From positions 1-23,010 of the forward strand of contig JAYUUO010000279.1 in assembly GCA_043754515.1 (NCBI GenBank): a stretch of 23,010 bases of DNA. Direction: 5' to 3'. Under the pieces are notes generated by a model. The model did no database searches. It saw only the letters and a program-made list of their open reading frames with translations, and had not been told where the DNA came from. Numbering within the stretch: the first letter of the stretch is position 1; each line of letters starts with the position of its first letter. Made by a program: the position numbers and the translations under genes. Positions 17,000 through 23,010 of this stretch are shown one piece after another. This stretch comes from Armatimonadota bacterium (GTDB lineage Bacteria > Armatimonadota > Armatimonadia > Armatimonadales > Armatimonadaceae).

Positions 17000-18991
17000 C
17001 TACAACGAGACGGCGCGGAAGCCGATGCTATCGCTGTGTGTCGTCACCGCTTCGCTATCCCGCGCCGCCGTGCGGAACGCATCGGGCTTGCTGTCCGTCC
17101 AGGAGCCGCCGCGCACCACTCGACGCACCCCGCCCGTCTTGTTCCGCTTAAAACCATCGCGGATCTCTCCCACGCTGTAGCGATGCCACATATTTGTGCG
17201 CGGGGCGTGTTTCTCGACCACTGTCTCGTTCACCGGGTCGGTGTCCGCTCCGCCACGGCTCGCGTAGAACCCTTCGTCGTAGACGTCCTCGCACCACTGC
17301 GAAACGTTTCCCGCCATATCGAGGCAACCACATGGACTCGCGCCCCCTGGAAATTCGCCGACGACATGCGTGCCGCCCGCGTTGCCCGCCTTCGCCTTAC
17401 TCCACCACAGGCTCGACTCGTTGAACTTGGTCCCCCATGGATACTTGCGCCCGTCCGTTCCCCGCGCCGCCCGCTCCCATTGCGCCTCGGTCGGGAGTTT
17501 CAAGCCCGCCCATTTACAGAACGCCCGCGCGTCGTCCCACGACACGTTCACGATCGGGTCGCCCTTCCGCGCCCACCCCCGGTTGAAGTCCGGATCTTTG
17601 GGCATCGCCCGCTTCGTCGCCGCGCAGAACTCCCCGAACATCGCGACCGTGACGTCGGTTCTGCCGATCCGGTATGCCGATAGGGAGACTTTACGCGCCG
17701 GTCTCTCCTCTTTATTACCGCCTTCGCTACCCATCGCGAACTTGCCCGGCGGGATGCCGATCATGCGCGCCTTGTACTCCGCGAGCGTCAGCGGCGGCGC
17801 GAGAGGCCGCGCGGGTGCCGGACTTACCGTCGTATCCGCCGTCGCTTCCGGCGGGGGCAACGCCGTAAGCACAACCGGAAGCGTCACCGTCCTGCCGCGC
17901 GTGAGTTTCACCGTCACGAGTTTGCCTTCGTACCCATCCGCCGTCACCCCCACCGCGACCCGCTTTTCGGTCGTCTTTAACAGGTTCATCGCGAACGATC
18001 CGTCCGCCGCCGTCTTCCCGTCCACCGTTACGACCGCCCCCGGCACGTTGGTCGTGACGGTCAACCGCGCCTTCGTGTCCACGACGCGCGTGTCCGCCGT
18101 TGTCACTACCGGCTCCGGGTTCGGGACGGCGGCGGTGCCCGGCAACAGGTAGAAGTCGCCGTCGTCAATCAGCCCGTCGTACAGGTACGGGAACTGCTCG
18201 TGCTTGCTAGCGTCGTACACCGCCTTGTTCGTGCTCTTGAACACGTCGTACAGCCGCAGACCGGGCGTTTGCAGGAACTTCAGAAGAAATGCCGTGTAGA
18301 GGCCGTTGCCCCCCGCCGCGTTGTCGTCCGCCGTGCGCCCCGCCGCCGTCGCGTACGCGATCAGCATTCCTTGCGCTTCGAGTTTGGCAAGACCGCGCCC
18401 GCCGAGCGAGCGGCTCCCCTCGAACGGGTTGTCGCGGCACGCGTCGAGTACCGCTATGTTCACCCGCGCCTTCGCCCCCTGCATTTCGTCGAGAGCCTTC
18501 TGCGCCGACAGCGCGTACTCGGCGATGTCCTCGTGACGGGTGGGCATTTTGAAGCCGACAGGAATCAGGTAGTTCTCGCCGTCTACCTGCATCCCGTGCC
18601 CGGAGTAGTAGAGTAGCGCAACCGCCCCGTCCCCGGCGGCGCGGATGCGATCGGCGAACCCGTGCACGGCGTCGCGCATCTGCTCCCGCGAGCCGTCCAA
18701 GAGAATGACGGAGGTGAAGCCGAGTTTGCCAAGCGCGGCCGCTACCGCCTTGGCGTCGTTCTCGGGATTTTTGAGATCGTGCGCCCCGCCGTAGTGCGTG
18801 TTGCCGACTATCAGGGCGAGCCGCTTCTGACCGGCGACGGGGGAAGCGGCCGTGGCTTTCTCGACCCAGGTCTTACCCGGTGGTAATGCCAGGGCGGTGC
18901 GGTGCGGCGCGCTAATCAGAAGCACGGTAAGAGCGAACAATAGCAACACGAAACGGTAGGCGGATCGTGCGAACGGCGGTATTGGCATCAA
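17000..18991 (-). CDS. Secreted caspase-like (peptidase C14) + PEGA-like + FGE-sulfatase (SUMF1/EgtB/PvdO) domain protein
   Basis: Signal peptide; RLALIVGN, LKNPENDA, YYSGHG (His), LDACRDNP (Cys); PEGA-like LTVTTNVPGAVVTVDG...VTADGY; FGE motifs FAMGS, PIVNVSWDDA, LPTEAQWERAARG, DMAGNV, RGGSW, IGFR. Confidence 0.92.
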   Translation of the reverse strand: MMPIPPFARSAYRFVLLLFALTVLLISAPHRTALALPPGKTWVEKATAASPVAGQKRLALIVGNTHYGGAHDLKNPENDAKAVAAALGKLGFTSVILLDGSREQMRDAVHGFADRIRAAGDGAVALLYYSGHGMQVDGENYLIPVGFKMPTRHEDIAEYALSAQKALDEMQGAKARVNIAVLDACRDNPFEGSRSLGGRGLAKLEAQGMLIAYATAAGRTADDNAAGGNGLYTAFLLKFLQTPGLRLYDVFKSTNKAVYDASKHEQFPYLYDGLIDDGDFYLLPGTAAVPNPEPVVTTADTRVVDTKARLTVTTNVPGAVVTVDGKTAADGSFAMNLLKTTEKRVAVGVTADGYEGKLVTVKLTRGRTVTLPVVLTALPPPEATADTTVSPAPARPLAPPLTLAEYKARMIGIPPGKFAMGSEGGNKEERPARKVSLSAYRIGRTDVTVAMFGEFCAATKRAMPKDPDFNRGWARKGDPIVNVSWDDARAFCKWAGLKLPTEAQWERAARGTDGRKYPWGTKFNESSLWWSKAKAGNAGGTHVVGEFPGGASPCGCLDMAGNVSQWCEDVYDEGFYASRGGADTDPVNETVVEKHAPRTNMWHRYSVGEIRDGFKRNKTGGVRRVVRGGSWTDSKPDAFRTAARDSEAVTTHSDSIGFRAVSL

Positions 18992-19041
18992 GGCGACCTT
19001 TCGCGACCATTATACAGGAGGTTTACCGGGTAGTCACGTGC

Positions 19042-19770
19042 TCATGCCCCGTCCTTCGCGCACGCGAGCAGACAGAGCAGGGCGCGGCGTCCGAGCGGCG
19101 TGAGCGCGTACCGGTTGCGCGACACGACCTGGAGCACGCCCGCGTGCGTCATCTCGCGCAGGTGGTGGTACAGCGACCCCGTGCTCAGGTTGGCGTCCGT
19201 GCCGAGCTGGGTCGCGGTCCGCGTCGCCTCCGTGAGCAGAAGGCGGGCGATCAGGACGCGCGGCTCCGCGCCGAACGACGCCGCGATACGCGCCGCCCGC
19301 GCCCACGGTGCCTCCTCGCCCTCCGACTCCCCCGGCACGTTCCCCTGGTTCTCAAGCGCATCGGAGAGCAGGTACAGGATGGTGGTCTGCGCGGCGGCGG
19401 TCTCGATGTCGTCCCGAGCCGGTGCCTGCGCGAACGCGGTCAGCACCACTGCGGCGGTCCCGCCCTCCCGCGCCGCGCTCATCGCCTCGCTCTGTAGCGT
19501 GCCCAGTAGCACGTCGGGCGCGGCCGAGAGCGGCGGAACGGTTCGCGGGGGGGGCGGGGCAGACGCGCCGCGCTTGTTGGGTTTAGCGGGCTTCGCGCCG
19601 AGGTCACCGCGCAACGCCGTGATCTCGAACGTCAGCGCGCTCAGTCGGTCGTGTAGCGACCCGACGAGGTGCGCGATGTTATCGCCCGCCGCCTCCGATG
19701 GCGGCGCGGCTTCCGCGTCATACCGTCCTTTCGCGCCCTTCTTTTTGCCCTCTTTTTTCGTCTCTTCCAC
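19042..19770 (-). CDS. Winged-HTH (ArsR-like) transcriptional regulator
   Basis: C-terminal AASFGAEPRVLIARLL...LSTGSLYHHLREMTHAGVLQVVSRNRYALTPLG. GTG 19770 is preceded by GGAAGG; the longer 412-aa ORF call is an antisense extension over the response regulator. Confidence 0.82.
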   Translation of the reverse strand: MEETKKEGKKKGAKGRYDAEAAPPSEAAGDNIAHLVGSLHDRLSALTFEITALRGDLGAKPAKPNKRGASAPPPPRTVPPLSAAPDVLLGTLQSEAMSAAREGGTAAVVLTAFAQAPARDDIETAAAQTTILYLLSDALENQGNVPGESEGEEAPWARAARIAASFGAEPRVLIARLLLTEATRTATQLGTDANLSTGSLYHHLREMTHAGVLQVVSRNRYALTPLGRRALLCLLACAKDGA

Positions 19771-19801
19771 GCGCAACCTTCCGTTCCTAATATTCTGATT
19801 T

Positions 19802-19830
19802 ATTGTAATAACATATATATGAAAAGTCAA
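19802..19830 (-). promoter_or_regulatory. sigma70 promoter of the HTH regulator
   Basis: TTGACT (19830-19825), 17-nt AT-rich spacer, TACAAT (19807-19802). Confidence 0.8.
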
Positions 19831-19993
19831 GCGAACCCGACCGGCAAATAAAGCGGGCCGGACTCCCGCGAATCGCGGTATAGTGTGGTATCCGGCAATT
19901 CGTCGGGGGTTATCAATCGGCGGACGCTCTCGCCCTCGCGGCGCGGTCCCGCGCAATTTTTCACGACGCCCGAGACGAGAAGAACCCTTTATC

Positions 19994-20779
19994 ATGCCAC
20001 CCGCCGTTCCCACGCCGCCGGAACAACCGCCCGCCGATGCCCCCGCGCGTGTCCTCGTCGTGGACGACGAACCCGCCATCGTTGACGCCGTGACGTACAA
20101 CCTGCGCCAGCAGGGATACACGCCGCTGGTGGCGGGCGACGCCGACGCCGCGCTCCGCCTGTTCCGCGAGCGGAAGCCGGACCTTGTTATTCTTGACGTG
20201 ATGCTCCCGTCCGGGAGCGGCTTTGACATCTGCCGTCTCATCCGCCAGAGCGGGAGTACCACGCCGATCCTGATGCTCACTGCCCGCGTCGCCGAAGGGG
20301 ATCGGGTACATGGCCTGGAGATCGGCGCGGACGATTACCTGATCAAACCGTTCGGCATGCGCGAGCTGATGGCGCGCGTGAAAGCACTGCTCCGGCGCGG
20401 CACCCAGAGCGGCGAGGTTACTCCCCCCACCCTGCCCGGAACGCTCGGCATGCCCCTGCCGGTGACGCCTACCATTATGGCGTCCTCGAGACTGGGTCTG
20501 GTGATTGAGGTGGAGAAGCGCGAGGCCCGCACGGCGGACAAGACGCTCACCCTTTCGCGCAAGGAGTTCGATATGCTCGCGCTTCTCGCGGCGCACCCCG
20601 GACGCGTTTTTGACCGACAGACGCTTCTGGACCGGGTCTGGGGCGAGGACGCGTATGTGGATGATCGCACTGTAGATGTTCATATTCGCTGGTTGCGCGA
20701 GAAGATCGAGCCGGTGCCGGGGAAGCCCCAATACCTGCTCACGGTGCGCGGAATCGGGTATAAATTCGTCGGCTCCTAG
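19994..20779 (+). CDS. OmpR/PhoB-family response regulator (PhoB/RegX3-like)
   Basis: VLVVDDE, LVILDVMLP, ILMLTA, GADDYLIKPF, WGEDAYVDDRTVDVHIRWLREKIE, TVRGIGY. Confidence 0.93.
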   Translation: MPPAVPTPPEQPPADAPARVLVVDDEPAIVDAVTYNLRQQGYTPLVAGDADAALRLFRERKPDLVILDVMLPSGSGFDICRLIRQSGSTTPILMLTARVAEGDRVHGLEIGADDYLIKPFGMRELMARVKALLRRGTQSGEVTPPTLPGTLGMPLPVTPTIMASSRLGLVIEVEKREARTADKTLTLSRKEFDMLALLAAHPGRVFDRQTLLDRVWGEDAYVDDRTVDVHIRWLREKIEPVPGKPQYLLTVRGIGYKFVGS

Positions 20780-20872
20780 AATAACCCGTCGCCTTTAGGA
20801 GGGGACGGTACCGCCTCGGCGGGGCGGAGAGATAACAAGCATTACCCGCCCCGTAGCGACGAAGGAACTCTT

Positions 20873-21994
20873 ATGCGAACGCACGACACGCCGGATGGCC
20901 CGCCCCCGAACACAAACGCGATGCCGCGCGTCGTCTCCCTGGACGCGAACTTTATCTTCGAGGCGGTGATCGGGATCGAGAACGACGGGCGCATCGCCAG
21001 CATCAATATTTCGGGTTGCGAATTACTCGGCGTCGCGTATCCGCCGCCGCCCAGCGAGATCGTGGGGCGGACGCTCTTGGAGGCGACTCATGTCCGCGCC
21101 CTGTCCGACCTGTTCGATGCCGCCATGGCCGCACGCGCTTCCCGCGAAACGGAGACGCGGCTGGTCGGGGGCCGCGAGCGTCAGGTGCGCGCCCGCGTCT
21201 CGCCCGTGCCCGAATCGCTGGGCGGCGGCGCGATACTCGCCCTGTCCGACCAGACTGAGATCAACCGTCTGCGCACCGTGCGCACTGACTTCGTCGCCAA
21301 CGTTTCCCACGAACTGCGTACCCCGCTCGCCTCGATACGTGCGATGGCGGAAACTCTATTGGACGGTGCCCGACACGACCCCGATGCCGGACCGCGCTTT
21401 TTAGAAACCATCATCCGCGAGGCGGATCGTCTGGTCTCACTGTCCACCGATCTGCTCGAACTGTCGCGGGCCGAATCAGGCAGGCCGGACCCCGTGCGGT
21501 TCGACCTGTCGCAACTCCTGTCCGATGTCGGGGCGCGGGTCGCGGCGCACTCCGAGCGGCACGGCATCCACTTGACTATACAGCCGACGCGTTTGACGGA
21601 GTCGGTGCCGGTGGACGCCGACCGGAGTCAGATGGATCAAGTGCTTTTCAACTTGCTCGACAACGCCATCAAGTACACGCCGCGCGGCGGGCGCGTGATC
21701 GCCGACATCAAGGTACGGCCCGCGAACAGCGGGTGGGAGGCGGTGCTGACCGTCGCGGACACCGGCATCGGCATCCTGTCGCAGGATCTGCCGCGCATCT
21801 TCGAGCGGTTCTGGCGGGCAGATCGCGCCCGCCGCTTCCAGAGCATTGAGGGGAACGGGAGCGGTGCCGGGGGAACCGGACTCGGCTTGAGCATCGTAAA
21901 GCACATTGTGGAAGCGCACGGGGGTACCGTTCACGTCGAAAGCGAACTGGCGCAAGGCACCCGATTCACGATAACCTTACCCGTATCGCTCTAG
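20873..21994 (+). CDS. PAS-domain sensor histidine kinase (PhoR-like), no transmembrane segment
   Basis: DFVANVSHELRTPL (H-box), NLLDNAIKY, DTGIGI, IFERFWRAD, GTGLGLSIVKHI. Confidence 0.93.
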   Translation: MRTHDTPDGPPPNTNAMPRVVSLDANFIFEAVIGIENDGRIASINISGCELLGVAYPPPPSEIVGRTLLEATHVRALSDLFDAAMAARASRETETRLVGGRERQVRARVSPVPESLGGGAILALSDQTEINRLRTVRTDFVANVSHELRTPLASIRAMAETLLDGARHDPDAGPRFLETIIREADRLVSLSTDLLELSRAESGRPDPVRFDLSQLLSDVGARVAAHSERHGIHLTIQPTRLTESVPVDADRSQMDQVLFNLLDNAIKYTPRGGRVIADIKVRPANSGWEAVLTVADTGIGILSQDLPRIFERFWRADRARRFQSIEGNGSGAGGTGLGLSIVKHIVEAHGGTVHVESELAQGTRFTITLPVSL

Positions 21995-22030
21995 AAGCAA
22001 CGCCACCCTCACGCCCGCGAAACGATCATC

Positions 22031-22900
22031 ATGCAACCATCCACCCAACTAACCGACCAACTTGCCAATATCGACCCCGTCTTCATCGTCGCCGTTGTCG
22101 TCGCGCTGACCCTGATACGCGCCGCGCTCGCGAAGATAAAAGATCCCTGGGCGCGGACGATCAGCGAGACCTGCGACACGGTGAACTTCGTGCTCATCCT
22201 GGCATTTTTGCTCATCCGGCCCTTCGTCGCGCAGGCATTCTTCATCCCGTCCGAGAGCATGGAATCCACGCTCCTGGTCAAGGATCGGCTGATCGTGGAC
22301 AAGTTCTCCTACCGCCTGCATGAGCCGAAACGCGAAGACGTAGTGGTCTTCGAGGCACCATTGACGGCGAGCGACGGCGTGCCGAATGTTGACTTTATCA
22401 AGCGGCTCATCGGTACCCCCGGCGATACCATCGAGGTCCGGGAGGCGCGGGTGCTGGTGGACGGCGAGGCGATAGACTTTCGCACGTACAATTCAACGGA
22501 CATCCACGCCTACCTACGGGATAAGATGGGTTTGTACCCGGATACCACAATCAAGTTGTTCCCCGACCACGTCCTGGTAGATAATAAGCGGACGGTGGGG
22601 CTTGGCGATCTCGCTCAGGCACTCGGACACCCCGGCTCCAGAATCCAGATCATTCCGGGGCAGGTTTACCGCAACGGCGAGCCCCTCGCCGAGCCCTTCA
22701 CGAACGAGGACCCGGATTACAACTTCCCGGATAACTCCCAGCCCCCGCTCAAACTCGGGCCGGACGAGTTTTTCATGATGGGTGACAACCGCAACCATAG
22801 CAAGGATTCGCACATCTGGGGACCGCTCAAGCGCGAGAAAGTCGTCGGGCACGCCGTGGTACTGTTCTGGCCCCCGAACCGCATCGGGCGTATTCGATAG
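22031..22900 (+). CDS. lepB: Signal peptidase I
   Basis: Two N-terminal TM helices; IPSESMESTL (Ser), FIKRLIGTPGD (Lys), FMMGDNRNHSKDS. Confidence 0.96.
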   Translation: MQPSTQLTDQLANIDPVFIVAVVVALTLIRAALAKIKDPWARTISETCDTVNFVLILAFLLIRPFVAQAFFIPSESMESTLLVKDRLIVDKFSYRLHEPKREDVVVFEAPLTASDGVPNVDFIKRLIGTPGDTIEVREARVLVDGEAIDFRTYNSTDIHAYLRDKMGLYPDTTIKLFPDHVLVDNKRTVGLGDLAQALGHPGSRIQIIPGQVYRNGEPLAEPFTNEDPDYNFPDNSQPPLKLGPDEFFMMGDNRNHSKDSHIWGPLKREKVVGHAVVLFWPPNRIGRIR

Positions 22901-23010
22901 GCTCCGAGCGCGGCTGGAGAGGTATTCACGGCGAGTGTGAGTTCGGACCATGGGGCTTTGTCGCCGGGTGCTGATCGGTGGTCGCGTCCTGCGGTCGGCC
23001 CCCCCGACCG

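Noticed and set aside
16990..17200. A complete diversity-generating retroelement at the FGE gene
   Set aside because: No reverse transcriptase, Avd or template repeat was found in the window. Only a trans-target possibility is retained.
19042..20280. 412-aa ORF taken as a single gene
   Set aside because: Its first 170 codons are antisense to the response regulator or cross the promoter region. A clear promoter and RBS point to GTG 19770.
20778..20810. IS605 right-end-like text AGAATAACCCGTCGCCTTTAGGAGGGG
   Set aside because: The resemblance is loose, the hairpin is imperfect, there is no TCAA/TCAC end, and no adjacent tnpB.
1..23010. CRISPR array, prophage or tRNA-anchored integrative element
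   Set aside because: No regularly spaced repeats, cas, integrase or phage genes were seen. The tRNA 3' flank lies outside the window and no att duplicate was noticed.

Overview
GC-rich bacterial chromosomal segment. The lineage cannot be determined from the sequence; the OmpA-like barrels and the caspase/PEGA/FGE protein would fit a diderm such as Armatimonadota, but this is inference only. Intact genes: tRNA-Asn(GTT), DCC thiol-disulfide oxidoreductase, two outer-membrane beta-barrels, an ExbD-like protein, DUF2809, a YyaL/SSP411-DsbD-N fusion, a GT2 glycosyltransferase, an IolE-like TIM barrel, a SolA-like oxidase, a Uma2 nuclease, serS, a secreted caspase-PEGA-FGE protein, a winged-HTH regulator, a PhoB/PhoR-like pair and lepB. 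Between them is a dense set of disrupted accessory genes that the ORF track fragments or misses: a nonsense-mutated PD-(D/E)XK paralog, a frameshifted IS200-type TnpA, an internally deleted PIN toxin, a toxin-antitoxin pair with three in-frame stops, and a twice-frameshifted fusion of a pseudo-receiver to a degenerate GspE/PilB ATPase. Several genes appear to be leaderless. No CRISPR array, reverse transcriptase or prophage was seen, and I found no complete, intact novel system. The pseudo-receiver/pseudo-ATPase fusion is the most unusual architecture.
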